A stretch of DNA of 64,000 nt from an uncultured Arcobacter sp. (GCA_965140705.1 OZ223300.1:1983479-2047478), one strand, 5' to 3'. Counted from the stretch's first letter, positions 1 to 10,690 are shown. Notes: a model not told the origin generated them from the letters alone. Numbers and translations: made by a program.

Positions 1-1408
1 TATCTCCTATTTGTTTAAATCCTTTACCACTATTCCAAGTTCTCGTATCACTAGCATCTATGTTTGAACCTAATTCATAATTCCCACCTAGTGCTGTATT
101 TATCCATTGGAGTTGATTGATATTATTTATGATTACTTTTCCATTGGCATTAAATATCACTTTAGAATTTGTGTCTGCTGCATTAAAGTAAACTCCACCA
201 TTAGTGTTGTTAGTATTTTCAATAATAGCATTTACATATATCTCATCTGCTGCATTTAAAGTAAGTTTACTTTGGCTAGACCAAGTGATATCACTATTTA
301 CATAAATATCACCATCTGTTGTATCTCCATCTGTACTTGTTTCATGAGATGAAGTATCTACTGTAGAAGAAGATGTCTCTGTTTCAATTGTAACATCACC
401 ACTTGCAAGTTGAGTCATAATAGCACTTGCTAAACTTGCATCTATAGTTACATCTACAGGATCAATAAGCCATTCTCCTGCTTCTATTTTTGCATCATTA
501 AAACTAAAGTGTTTTCCTGAAGTCTCTACAAACCCACCTTTAGCTTTTATAGTTCCAGCTATATTTGCAGTTCCTCCATGGGCATATAGTTCCACATGTC
601 CGTTTATACCATCTAGTGAGTTTGCTTCTATGATTCCTGTATTATTAACTACTCCTCTTAAAAGTTCATCTACTGCATGGGTAGTTAGATATACTTCTCC
701 ACCATCTGCTAGTATAGTTCCTGAGTTTTCAACTAGGGCATCTAATGTTCCTTTATCTACAGATAAATCTATTAAAGAGTTACCATTTAGATTTATTGTA
801 TATTCATCAGCTGATGTAAGTTGTACTCTTCCTTTTACTGCTTCTATAGTTCCTGAGTTTCTAGCTTCATTTGAAGCAAAGATTACATATCCATTATTTT
901 TAACTTTTATAGTACCTTGGTTGATAATAGATTCTGTAGAATCTCCTGTAAAAGTATAGTTTCCTTTTTGAAAGTTAGTATCTGAGATATCTTTAGTTGT
1001 AGCTAATAGTCCACTAGTATTTATTGAAGCATTTTTACCAAATAAAACTCCATTTGAATTAAGTATCCAAACTTGACCATTGGCATTAAGTGCACCATCT
1101 ATAATACTTCTTTCATTTCCTATTACTCTATTGAGAGTTATACTGTTTACATTTGGTTGATTGAAGTTTACTGTTTCATGTGAGGCTATATTAAACTTAT
1201 TCCAGTTTATACTAGCTTTTTGTGTGGATTGGTTTATATTGGTTGTATTTCCATTTTGAGAAATAGTTGCAGTTCCACTTGTTACAACTCCACCACTAGG
1301 AGCTGCAAAGCTTAAGCTTACACTTCCTAGAAGTGCGCTTACTACTAAGCTTATCTTTCCACCTTTTAGGATTCTAAAACGGGAGCTGTAATTTATGTTT
1401 GCTTTCAT
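1..1408 (-). CDS. Filamentous haemagglutinin N-terminal (TPS) domain exoprotein; runs off window start
   Basis: Not in the ORF track. Manual translation from ATG 1408 (RBS AAGGA upstream): MKANINYSSRFRILKGGKISLVVSALLGSVSLSFAAPSGGVVTSG...INWNKFNI...FNQP...LNRV...NGQVWILNSNGVLFG...GGFVETSG...WLIDP. Confidence 0.9.
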   Translation of the reverse strand, partial: MKANINYSSRFRILKGGKISLVVSALLGSVSLSFAAPSGGVVTSGTATISQNGNTTNINQSTQKASINWNKFNIASHETVNFNQPNVNSITLNRVIGNERSIIDGALNANGQVWILNSNGVLFGKNASINTSGLLATTKDISDTNFQKGNYTFTGDSTESIINQGTIKVKNNGYVIFASNEARNSGTIEAVKGRVQLTSADEYTINLNGNSLIDLSVDKGTLDALVENSGTILADGGEVYLTTHAVDELLRGVVNNTGIIEANSLDGINGHVELYAHGGTANIAGTIKAKGGFVETSGKHFSFNDAKIEAGEWLIDPVDVTIDASLASAIMTQLASGDVTIETETSSSTVDTSSHETSTDGDTTDGDIYVNSDITWSSQSKLTLNAADEIYVNAIIENTNNTNGGVYFNAADTNSKVIFNANGKVIINNINQLQWINTALGGNYELGSNIDASDTRTWNSGKGFKQIGD

Positions 1409-1469
1409 ATTATTTTCCTTGTATAAAGAAAAGAGAAATCTCTTCTTTTTTTATATACAAGTATTATAT

Positions 1470-3350
1470 TTAGCTATCGTTATATTCACCGTTACTTTTT
1501 TGTATTTTATTTTTAAACCATAAAAATATATGTGTTCCCTTATCAACTACAACTTTTAAGTCTCCTTCTAATTGATCTGTTGCAAGTGATTCTATCATCA
1601 TCTCTCCAAAGGTTGCATTTGTATTATGACTTTTTCCTATGCCATTGTCTGAAACCTCTAATAATGTCCCATTATCTACATTATTTAGTGAAATTTTTAT
1701 GATTCCCCCACTTGAATCAAAAGCATGCTTGATAGCATTTGTAACTAGTTCATTTACTATAAGACCACAATAAATAGCTTCTTCAGTGTCAAGAAAAGAG
1801 TTTATATCAAGTTCAAATGTGATATTTTCTAGCTCAAAGCTATCTTTTATGTTTTGTAAAACTTTTTCAAAATACTCTTTTGCATCAATATTTACAAGAT
1901 TTTTTTGATTATAAAGCATCTGGTGTACGATACTCATAGCATGGATTTTTCTCTCCACATCATGGAGTTTTTCTTGGATATGCTTATCATTGTTATCATT
2001 GAGTTTAAGTGCATATAGCGAAGTGATAAATTGCATGTTGTTTTTAACACGATGATGTAACTCTTTTAGCAGGAGTTCATTTTGTTTTAATTCGTTGTTT
2101 AACTCTTGGGTTCTGATGTTTACAATTTGTTCTAAACGGTTGGATTCATTTTGTTGTTGTATTAAAAGTGATTGGGTTAAATCATTTTTTTTCTTTTCTA
2201 GTGTTTTGATACGATATGCCAATGATATAGCGAACAAAATAACCTCTGCCATAATAAGAGTTTCAAAAGTATATTCAAATATATATTTAACAGGAAAAAT
2301 TCCCATATATTGAAAAAACAATGAAAGCCATGCTACTAAAGCGAAACTCCAACCCAATAAGAAAAATTTTGCTTGAGGATTTTTCTTATATAAAGCATAA
2401 AAACCTATCCATAAAAAATAATATGGGGTAAAAAACTGAAAAATAACTACTTGTGGAATTGTAAAAATACTAAAGATTTGTAAAACAAAATATATTGGAA
2501 TGATATAAATAAGAAGCTTCAAAGTAAAATCTATTTTAGGATAAAGAACAGTATCTAAAAACTTTCTTATAAATAAAGTCATAGTAAAAGTAACGAAAAC
2601 ATTTACATAAAAAACATTTACATATAAACTTTTTTTAACAAACTCCATATCATCCATAGGCAAAAAGTAAAGTTTTGGGTATATAGAAAATTGGCTTTGT
2701 AATAAAGTTGCAATTAGATATAAAAAATAATACAGATAAATTTTATCTTTTGTAAAGATAAATAAAAAAGCATTATACAAAACAAGAGAAAATATACCAC
2801 CAAAAAAAAGTGCCCATATAATTTGATGAAAAGTATCTTCTTTATAAAACACTTTTGGCGTATAAAGTTCTGGTTTGAACCATAGGGAAAGTTTTTCATT
2901 TTTTACATTTAAATAATAAGTCTCATAACTATTTGCATTTATATTAATTGGGATATTATGTGTAACAAGACCATGAAATTTTTCAAGATGGTAAATGCCT
3001 GTTGTTTTTTTTGATAATACTTTGTTATTTGAAACTTTATATAAATCAATTCTTTCTGTAGAAAAATTATCTATTTTTAAAATCTTTTGTATAGTTTTAT
3101 TTGTAGGATTTTGAAGCTCAAATTTTATCCATACACCTTCAGGAACCAAGCTGCAATAATCAATAGCTTTTTTATTGGTTGTAATAAATTTATCATCATT
3201 TTTTAAAATAATGTTTATGGTCTCATGATTACCTATATCATGGTATATTTTGGAGTGAGGTAATAGCTCTATAGTTGCTTGTGTATTGACAAGAATAGTT
3301 GCTTGTAAATTTATATATAAAAAAACTAATAAAATAATAGGAATACGCAT
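1470..3350 (-). CDS. 7TM-DISM sensor histidine kinase (HisKA_2 type)
   Basis: Signal peptide, extracellular DISMED2-like region, ~7 TM helices, ELHHRVKNNMQ H-box, NELVTNAIKHAF, DNGIG. Confidence 0.9.
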   Translation of the reverse strand: MRIPIILLVFLYINLQATILVNTQATIELLPHSKIYHDIGNHETINIILKNDDKFITTNKKAIDYCSLVPEGVWIKFELQNPTNKTIQKILKIDNFSTERIDLYKVSNNKVLSKKTTGIYHLEKFHGLVTHNIPININANSYETYYLNVKNEKLSLWFKPELYTPKVFYKEDTFHQIIWALFFGGIFSLVLYNAFLFIFTKDKIYLYYFLYLIATLLQSQFSIYPKLYFLPMDDMEFVKKSLYVNVFYVNVFVTFTMTLFIRKFLDTVLYPKIDFTLKLLIYIIPIYFVLQIFSIFTIPQVVIFQFFTPYYFLWIGFYALYKKNPQAKFFLLGWSFALVAWLSLFFQYMGIFPVKYIFEYTFETLIMAEVILFAISLAYRIKTLEKKKNDLTQSLLIQQQNESNRLEQIVNIRTQELNNELKQNELLLKELHHRVKNNMQFITSLYALKLNDNNDKHIQEKLHDVERKIHAMSIVHQMLYNQKNLVNIDAKEYFEKVLQNIKDSFELENITFELDINSFLDTEEAIYCGLIVNELVTNAIKHAFDSSGGIIKISLNNVDNGTLLEVSDNGIGKSHNTNATFGEMMIESLATDQLEGDLKVVVDKGTHIFLWFKNKIQKSNGEYNDS

Positions 3351-3440
3351 AAGGCTCTTTTTTTCAAAATTTTAACATAAAAAAAGTGATGTTTTTACAA
3401 TATAACGATAAATATAACGCAGAAGTGTTAAAATATTAAC

Positions 3441-4127
3441 ATGAAAAAAATTAACATACTAATCATAGAAGATACAACTTTGACTGCACAAAAGATGAAA
3501 AGAACATTACAATGGGCAGGATATCATGTAGTTGCTATTGCAAGTAGAAGTGAAAATGCTTTAGAAGCAATGTTCAAAGAGCATATTGATATTATCATCG
3601 CAGATATCAATATCAAAGGGGAACTAAATGGTATTGAAACAACGAAGCTTATTCAAAAAAACTTCAATGTTCCAGTTATATTTTTAACATCATACCATGA
3701 TGATACAACGTTAGCTGAAGCTTCTAGCGTCAACTTTACAGGATATATTGTAAAACCATATTTAGATGCTCACCTTCTTAGAGAAGTAAAACTAGCCTCT
3801 CTTCGTTTTGGACTCAATAATAAAATTGAGGCAATTAGACTTGATAATGAGTATATTTATGATGTACAAAATAAAGTTTTATTGAAAAATAATCAAAAAA
3901 TAACTCTAACAAAAAAAGAAGAACAATTTTTATATATACTAATACAAAATAAAAACTCTGTAATATCTAATGAATATCTTGATTTAACATTATGGCATGA
4001 GAATACAACATATGATGAAAATAGAAGACAATTACTTTTTAGACTAAGAAAAAAAGTACCAGAGTTAGATATTCAAACTATAAAAGGTGTAGGTTATATT
4101 TTAAAAACAAATACTCCTGATATATAG
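3441..4127 (+). CDS. Response regulator (REC + winged helix)
   Basis: ILIIED, ADINI, FLTS, KP receiver motifs; C-terminal RLRKK...IQTIKGVGY. Confidence 0.9.
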   Translation: MKKINILIIEDTTLTAQKMKRTLQWAGYHVVAIASRSENALEAMFKEHIDIIIADINIKGELNGIETTKLIQKNFNVPVIFLTSYHDDTTLAEASSVNFTGYIVKPYLDAHLLREVKLASLRFGLNNKIEAIRLDNEYIYDVQNKVLLKNNQKITLTKKEEQFLYILIQNKNSVISNEYLDLTLWHENTTYDENRRQLLFRLRKKVPELDIQTIKGVGYILKTNTPDI

Positions 4128-4156
4128 TATAAATTTTAGTTATATAATTATGTTAC

Positions 4157-4954
4157 CTAATCTCTAAGTTCCATTATTTTTTCTTGTCCAATTCTATATA
4201 GCGCAAAATCATACTTTATAGGGTCGTTTTTATCAAACTGTTTTAATTTTGTAGTTAGTAAATAGGAAGCATATAAATCACAATTTTTCCTATTTATAAG
4301 TCCAAGTTTATTTGATACATTAAAAGTGTGAGTATCTAGTGGCATTAGTAAGTCTTCACTTGATACACCGTTCCATAATCCCATATCTAAATTATCTTTT
4401 CGTACCATCCATCTAAGATACATAAACCATCTTTTGTATGCTGCATTTCCCATTTGTTTTATGCTATTTTGCTTATCTCTTTTAAAATTTGATCCAAGTA
4501 AAAATTTGTAACCTTGTGAGGTGTGAGGATTTATTTCATTTATTTTACTTATTATATTATCTATTCCTTCACAGACATTATTATTTATCTTATATTTTTC
4601 CACAAATAGTTCATTTAGAGTTGTTTGTTTTTTTAGTCTTGATAATGCTATAAAAAACTCTTGGATATCTTTGCTATTTTGAAATCTATAATAGTGTTTT
4701 TCAAAACTTTTTCTAATACTCTGTTCATCTTTATTCAAAAGTGAAAAATCCAAACTATCTAAAAACTTTATTATCAAAGATGCTTTTCCATAGGCAAATA
4801 GTGCACAAATAAGTGAGATGTATTCGTCATTGTGTCTTTTTGCTATAAATAGTGGGTCTGGTCGCTCTAAAGTCAATTCACAATCATTGTTTCTATTAGC
4901 AACTTCTATATCTAATAAGTTTTTTAGTTCTATATCTTTTTTGTTCATAGGCAT
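4157..4954 (-). CDS. TIGR02757/DUF2400 family protein
   Basis: KRWFMYLRWMVRKD, PLDTH, DPIKYDFAL motifs. Confidence 0.85.
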   Translation of the reverse strand: MPMNKKDIELKNLLDIEVANRNNDCELTLERPDPLFIAKRHNDEYISLICALFAYGKASLIIKFLDSLDFSLLNKDEQSIRKSFEKHYYRFQNSKDIQEFFIALSRLKKQTTLNELFVEKYKINNNVCEGIDNIISKINEINPHTSQGYKFLLGSNFKRDKQNSIKQMGNAAYKRWFMYLRWMVRKDNLDMGLWNGVSSEDLLMPLDTHTFNVSNKLGLINRKNCDLYASYLLTTKLKQFDKNDPIKYDFALYRIGQEKIMELRD

Positions 4955-5064
4955 CTTTGGAAGTAAAATCTTTTTCGATATAATAGCATCTTAAGTACAA
5001 ACAATTAATAAAACTATACTAAAAATGCTATAGATTAGTACTTATAAAAAATATTAGGTTAAAA

Positions 5065-5886
5065 ATGGCAAATATATTAATAACAGGCTGTTCTTCTGGA
5101 ATAGGATTAGAAACAGCAAAACTTTTAAAAAACAATGGATATAAAGTATATGCAACTGCACGAAAAAAAGAAGATGTGCTTATGTTGCAAGAGTTAGACT
5201 TCATCGCTTACAAATTAGATGTGACTAACCAAGCAGAAATAGCAGAGGTTTTAGAAAAAATCTTAAAACTAGACAGAACTTTAGATGCAGTTTTTAATAA
5301 TGCAGGATATGGACAACCAGGAGCTCTTGAAGATGTATCAACGGAGGTTTTAAAAGAACAATTTGAAACTAACTTTTTTGGACTACATGAAGTCACCCTT
5401 CAAGCTATGAGAATATTTAGAAATCAAGGATATGGTAAGATTATTCAACATAGTTCAATTTTAGGAATTATCTCTTTAAAATTTAGGGGTGCTTATAATG
5501 CAAGTAAATATGCAATAGAAGGTATTGCTGATACCTTAAGACAAGAAGTTATAAATGATAATATTTTTGTAAGTACTATAAATACAGGTCCAGTAACTAG
5601 TAAATTTAGAGAGAATTCACTCAAAAAATTTAATGAACATATCAATATAAAAGATAGTTTTCATAGAAAAACTTATGAAAAAGAGTTAAAAACTAGACTA
5701 GAAAGCAAGGATGATGGAGGTTTATTTAATCTACCACCTTCAAGTGTGGCAAAGGTTGTTTTAAAAATCATGAAAAGTAAAAATCCAAAACCTAGATATT
5801 ATGTTACAAAAGCAACTTATATTCTAGGTTTTGCAAAAAGAATACTTAGTACTAAATTATTAGATAAGTTATTGAATAAATTTTAA
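5065..5886 (+). CDS. SDR family oxidoreductase (YbbO-like)
   Basis: TGCSSGIG, NNAGYG, YNASK. Confidence 0.9.
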   Translation: MANILITGCSSGIGLETAKLLKNNGYKVYATARKKEDVLMLQELDFIAYKLDVTNQAEIAEVLEKILKLDRTLDAVFNNAGYGQPGALEDVSTEVLKEQFETNFFGLHEVTLQAMRIFRNQGYGKIIQHSSILGIISLKFRGAYNASKYAIEGIADTLRQEVINDNIFVSTINTGPVTSKFRENSLKKFNEHINIKDSFHRKTYEKELKTRLESKDDGGLFNLPPSSVAKVVLKIMKSKNPKPRYYVTKATYILGFAKRILSTKLLDKLLNKF

Positions 5887-5910
5887 AAGAGAAGTAATCC
5901 TTCTCTTTTT
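5885..5910. terminator. Bidirectional intrinsic terminator
   Basis: AAAAGAGAAG-taatc-CTTCTCTTTT between convergent genes. Confidence 0.75.
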
Positions 5911-7625
5911 TATGCCTCTTTTGTCAAATATGGTTTCCCATAAAATCTAACTGTCAAGGCTAAGACTACTAAAGCTATAGGAATCAAATAAGAGACTGAG
6001 ATTCCAAGAGCTGCTGGGATATATCCAAATACTACAGAAACAACACCTACAAATACAGCATAAGGTAGTTGAGTAGAGATATGGTCCATATGATCACAAC
6101 TTGATCCCATAGATGAAAGAATAGAAGTATCAGAAATAGGAGAACAATGATCTCCAAAAATAGCACCTGTCAAAACAGCACCAATATTTAAAATAATATA
6201 CTCATTTAAAGCATTAGTATCTAGTCCATAATTTATTCCAATGGCATTTGCTAAAGGAATAGTAAGTGGCATCAAAATCCCCATTGTCCCATAAGAAGTA
6301 CCTGTAGAAAAAGAGATTAAAGAACCAAAAATAAAAATTACAGATGGCAAAATAAATTGAGGCGTATCGTGTGATAAGATTGATACTAAATAAAGAGAAG
6401 TACCTAACTCTTTTATAACAGCAGAAATTGACCAAGCTAATATCAAAATAACAGCAGTAATTACAAGTGCTTTTACTCCATGAACCCAAGTTTCTAAAGC
6501 TTCATTTAGATCAAATATTTTTTGTTGCATTCCCATTGCTATAGCTACAATTGAAGCAAACAAAGCAGCTTCAAATAATACAATAGAAGCATCAGCTCCA
6601 CCAAAACAATCTCGAATAGAAGCAAATGAATAAGGATCTGCTTGTACTGCTTTTAAGGCCTCACCTTCTAGGGAATGTAAACCATTAAAATAAAATCCTA
6701 AAAATGAAACTATAATTAAAACTGAAATTGGGATAATCGCATTCCAAATAGAATAATCGACATTTTTTTTAGGAGCCATAGTTGAAGACTCTTGATTTAA
6801 ATGTTCTTCTTCATGTCTAATATGTCTTGATACTTTTCCTGTAGTTGAAGCTCTAAGAGCTGCTTTATGCATAGGTCCAAATTCTCTTAAAAAATATGCT
6901 GTAAAAAATACAAATGCCAACATAAAAATATTGTAAAATCTATATGCAATAGTATCCACAAAAATTGCATAAGCATTTATATCAACTCGACCTATTGTTG
7001 CATAAGCATCTTTTATTAAAGAGATTTCATAACCAATCCAAGTAGAAATAAGTGCAATACCAGCTATTGGTGCAGCTGTTGCATCTATAATAAAAGCTAA
7101 CTTTTCCCTTGCTATTTTTAAACTATCTGTAACTGGTCTCATAATAGGACCAATAATTAATGAATTTGCATAATCATCAAAAAAGATAAAAAATCCCATC
7201 ACCCAAGTGTAAATTTGTGCACTTGCAGGAGTTTTTGCCTTTTTTGCAAGAGATTTTGCTATAGCTCTTGGTCCACCCATTTTAGTAATAACTGCAATCA
7301 AACCACCGATAGTTAGAACTTGTAAAATAATACCTGCATTCCATGAATCTGCCATTGAACCAATCATTTTACTAACCATATCCATAAAACCAGCAATTAA
7401 AGCAGCAAAAATATCACCATTTATAATATTTACTAAAAATGTTCCACTAAATATTCCTATAAATAAAGAAAATATTACATTTCTAGTTATAAAAGCTAAT
7501 AAAATAGCAACAACTGGTGGGATTAAAGTCCAAGCCCCAAAAAGCTCGGCATTTGCCTTATTATCTGCAAGCAATATAATTGGCAAAAATGATAAAAATA
7601 ATATACTATTTTTTAATTTATTCAA
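5910..7625 (-). CDS. NhaC family Na+/H+ antiporter-like transporter
   Basis: FFDDYAN, IDATAAP, STGTSYGT, GDHCSPISDT. Confidence 0.85.
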   Translation of the reverse strand: MNKLKNSILFLSFLPIILLADNKANAELFGAWTLIPPVVAILLAFITRNVIFSLFIGIFSGTFLVNIINGDIFAALIAGFMDMVSKMIGSMADSWNAGIILQVLTIGGLIAVITKMGGPRAIAKSLAKKAKTPASAQIYTWVMGFFIFFDDYANSLIIGPIMRPVTDSLKIAREKLAFIIDATAAPIAGIALISTWIGYEISLIKDAYATIGRVDINAYAIFVDTIAYRFYNIFMLAFVFFTAYFLREFGPMHKAALRASTTGKVSRHIRHEEEHLNQESSTMAPKKNVDYSIWNAIIPISVLIIVSFLGFYFNGLHSLEGEALKAVQADPYSFASIRDCFGGADASIVLFEAALFASIVAIAMGMQQKIFDLNEALETWVHGVKALVITAVILILAWSISAVIKELGTSLYLVSILSHDTPQFILPSVIFIFGSLISFSTGTSYGTMGILMPLTIPLANAIGINYGLDTNALNEYIILNIGAVLTGAIFGDHCSPISDTSILSSMGSSCDHMDHISTQLPYAVFVGVVSVVFGYIPAALGISVSYLIPIALVVLALTVRFYGKPYLTKEA

Positions 7626-7665
7626 ATTTTTCTCCGTATTAAATTTTATTTTTGATAGTTCTATT

Positions 7666-8217
7666 TTAAGAATAAAGATGTTCTAAAAGTATTTTAAGTC
7701 CAATACAAATCAAAACAACACCTCCTAGTTTTTCAGCCTTCTCTTCTAAAAAGCTTCCACCTTTTGAACCCATAAAAACACCTATAAAGCTAAACAAAAA
7801 GGTTACAATTCCAATGATAACCATAGATAAGTAAGGATTAATGTCCAACAAATTTAAAGTAAATCCAGCAGCCATTGCATCAATACTTGTAGCAATAGCT
7901 AAGATAAATAAGACTTTATTTGAAATAATACTTATCTCATCTTCAGTATTTTCACCAAAACTTTCATAAAGCATTTTTCCACCAATTAAACTTAAAAGTA
8001 AAAATGCAATCCAATGGTCAAAGGATTCTATTAAAGTACCTACTCCTAAACTAGCCAAATGCCCAAATAAAGGCATCAAAGCTTGAAAAAAACCAAAAAA
8101 CAATGCAGCTTTAAAAGCTAAGGCTTTGTCAAACTCTTTTCTTTTTACTCCAAGACCTATAGAAACAGCAAAGGCATCCATAGCCAATGCAAATGCCAAA
8201 AGAAAAACTTCTGCTAT
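7666..8217 (-). CDS. mntP: Manganese efflux pump MntP; start uncertain (TTG 8199 or ATA 8217)
   Basis: AMDAFAVS, FQALMP, DHWIAF, ATSIDA motifs. Confidence 0.85.
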   Translation of the reverse strand: MAEVFLLAFALAMDAFAVSIGLGVKRKEFDKALAFKAALFFGFFQALMPLFGHLASLGVGTLIESFDHWIAFLLLSLIGGKMLYESFGENTEDEISIISNKVLFILAIATSIDAMAAGFTLNLLDINPYLSMVIIGIVTFLFSFIGVFMGSKGGSFLEEKAEKLGGVVLICIGLKILLEHLYS

Positions 8218-8220
8218 AAT

Positions 8221-9021
8221 TTATCCTTTTTGTATCTCTTTTGTATTTATTTTACTTTGTAAGAAATCACTTATTTGCATCAAACAAAAAGTAACTATAA
8301 ATATCATCAAACCAGGGAAAAAACTTACCCACCAAGCAATATCAAGTACAGCTTTACCATCACTTAACAAACTTCCCCATGACATTTCAGGGGAATTGAC
8401 TCCAAGCCCTAAAAATGACAATCCAGACTCAGCCAAAATAGCTCCACCTACTCCAAAAGTAAAAGAGATAAGAAATATAGGTGCTAAAAGTGGTGTAAAA
8501 TACTTGAATATGATTTTAAGGCTACTTACATTTGCTAACTTTAAAACTTTTATATAAGGTTTAGTACCAATAGAAAAGCTTTCACTTCTTATCATTCTTG
8601 CCATTCCCATCCAACCAGTTATAGAAATAACTAATATTAAAATAATTGATGAAGCTTGAATATAAGAGACTAAAGCAAGTAATAGGAAAAATGTAGGAAA
8701 AGTCAAAAACAAATCAATGATTATGGTAATAGTTTTATCAACTTTACCCTTTAAATATCCAGCATTTATACCAATAAAAAGACCCAAAAGAGAAGAGATA
8801 GCAGCACTTAAAAATCCAATAATCAAAGAAGTTTGACCACCATTTAAAATTCTGGCAAAAATATCTCTTCCTAATCTGTCTGTTCCCATTATATGTGATA
8901 AACTAGGAGCTTGTAATATTTTGTCTGGGTTTAATTCATAGGGAGAAACAGTATAAAAAAGTGGCATAAAAAAGATAATAGCTACAAAAAAAGCTAAAAT
9001 ATAAAATGCCGCTTTATTCAT
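8221..9021 (-). CDS. Peptide/nickel ABC transporter permease (DppC/OppC-like)
   Basis: MGTDRLGRD, ESGLSFLGLG, SWGSLL, WWVSFFPG. Confidence 0.9.
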   Translation of the reverse strand: MNKAAFYILAFFVAIIFFMPLFYTVSPYELNPDKILQAPSLSHIMGTDRLGRDIFARILNGGQTSLIIGFLSAAISSLLGLFIGINAGYLKGKVDKTITIIIDLFLTFPTFFLLLALVSYIQASSIILILVISITGWMGMARMIRSESFSIGTKPYIKVLKLANVSSLKIIFKYFTPLLAPIFLISFTFGVGGAILAESGLSFLGLGVNSPEMSWGSLLSDGKAVLDIAWWVSFFPGLMIFIVTFCLMQISDFLQSKINTKEIQKG

Positions 9022-9022
9022 A

Positions 9023-9613
9023 TTAAGCTAGCCTAAAATATGTAAGTGTAGTTTTACCAAATTTTTTAGACTTATATTTTTCAAATTTACCTAAAGTATC
9101 TGGTACTTCTATAGTTGAAACATGTTCAAAACAAATCATCATGATATTATCGTTTTCAATCTCTTTTACCAATTCGAATGATTTTTCATAAATATCTTCC
9201 ATCCCATCTCTATAATCAAAAGGAGGATCAATGTATACAATCAACTCTTCAGTAGAATTTTTTAGTGAATTCAATATACTTGGTAATTGTACAAAAGTAT
9301 CACCCATCATTGTTTGACACTTATTTATATCTATTGATTTACAGTTATTTACTAAAATATTGTAGGAATTCTTATTTAATTCTATAAAATAAGATTTTTT
9401 TACACCTCTAGAAACTGCTTCTAAACCAATGCTTCCACTACCTGCAAAAGCTTCTACAAATACTTTATCAATAATATCAAATTGAAGAACATTAAAAAAT
9501 GACTCTTTAACTCTTGCTTTTGAACTTCTTGTTACATCTAAAGATGGAAGTTCTATCTTTTTGCCTTTATATTTTCCAGCAATAATTTGTGTTGTTAATA
9601 TATTTCTTTTCAT
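9023..9613 (-). CDS. rsmD: 16S rRNA m2G966 methyltransferase
   Basis: IIAGKYKG, FAGSGSIGLEA, DPPF, FGKT. Confidence 0.9.
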   Translation of the reverse strand: MKRNILTTQIIAGKYKGKKIELPSLDVTRSSKARVKESFFNVLQFDIIDKVFVEAFAGSGSIGLEAVSRGVKKSYFIELNKNSYNILVNNCKSIDINKCQTMMGDTFVQLPSILNSLKNSTEELIVYIDPPFDYRDGMEDIYEKSFELVKEIENDNIMMICFEHVSTIEVPDTLGKFEKYKSKKFGKTTLTYFRLA

Positions 9614-9823
9614 TACTCTTCTACTAATTTTTTGTAATTATAGTCAAAAGTTGTTGAGGGTTTGATTTTAGAAAACAATATTTATAAAATAATATATTTA
9701 ATTATTTTCAATGCTTTAAATTAGTTTAAATTATATAAATTTAATTGTTTTATTACTCTTTTAATATATTAAAATTTCTTTTTGTAATGTAAAATATACC
9801 TATACATTTATAAAGGATTGATT

Positions 9824-10690
9824 ATGCTTATTTTTACAAGAGACACTGAAAGTAATTTTGTTACACAACAAAACTCGGTAGATACCTATTATCAATATAA
9901 AAGTAAAGATAAAAATGAAAAACAAGAGACAAATGATTTTCAAACTATTTTAAATAAAGAACAAAATCAAGCAGATAGAAATAACACAAGAACAGATGCA
10001 GAAATATTAGCAAATATGAAAAAACTTGTTGAAGATATAAAATCAGTTATGCAAACTGGTATGACTAAAGATGAAATAAAAATGCTAGAAGATATGATTC
10101 AAGATATTAAAAAGAAAATGAAAGAAAAACCCCTTACTAAACAAGAATTAAGTGATATGATGGATGAGATAGAAGAAAGAATTAGAGAATTTAAAATAAA
10201 ACATACAGGACAATCAATCACAAAAGCTGAAGATGCAAAAGATATGAATAGAAAAACATCAAGTGATGATATTAACACTAGAATTGAAAAAGCAGAAAAA
10301 GATATAAAAGAATTTGGCACACAATTAGAGAAAAAAGATACTAATAAAATTATTGAAGAAATAAAATCAATACTAAGAACAGGGATTTCGCCCGAAGAAG
10401 TAAAAGCATTTGAAACCTTACTTGAGAGAATTAAAGATAAATTAAGAGATAAGAATTATGATAAAAAAGAACTTACTAAAATGATAGAAGAACTTCAAGA
10501 AAAAATATCAAAATTTAAAAATCATATGGCGGGAGAGGCTGTTTTTAAAGCAGAAGATGCTTTAAAAGAAGCAAAATTAAATAAGAGTATAGAAGAAGAA
10601 ACAGGAACTTCTCATAATAATGTTGCTGATAATCAATCACATAATCAATTGGAGTTTTTACAAAGAATTAAAAAGTCTCAATCAAAATAA
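9824..10690 (+). CDS. Hypothetical helical protein with internal 72-aa duplication
   Basis: Long ORF; ATG 9824 follows AAGGA (track start is TTG 9818); two IKS..TG...KAEDA repeats. Confidence 0.7.
   Translation: MLIFTRDTESNFVTQQNSVDTYYQYKSKDKNEKQETNDFQTILNKEQNQADRNNTRTDAEILANMKKLVEDIKSVMQTGMTKDEIKMLEDMIQDIKKKMKEKPLTKQELSDMMDEIEERIREFKIKHTGQSITKAEDAKDMNRKTSSDDINTRIEKAEKDIKEFGTQLEKKDTNKIIEEIKSILRTGISPEEVKAFETLLERIKDKLRDKNYDKKELTKMIEELQEKISKFKNHMAGEAVFKAEDALKEAKLNKSIEEETGTSHNNVADNQSHNQLEFLQRIKKSQSK

Noticed and set aside
630..959. 109-aa plus-strand ORF
   Set aside because: Antisense shadow of the FHA-domain gene
8126..8557. 143-aa plus-strand ORF and the other short ORFs nested in or antisense to recognised genes (e.g. 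14448-14843, 32552-32953, 51405-51689, 60009-60467)
   Set aside because: Overlap well-supported genes and show no recognisable motifs
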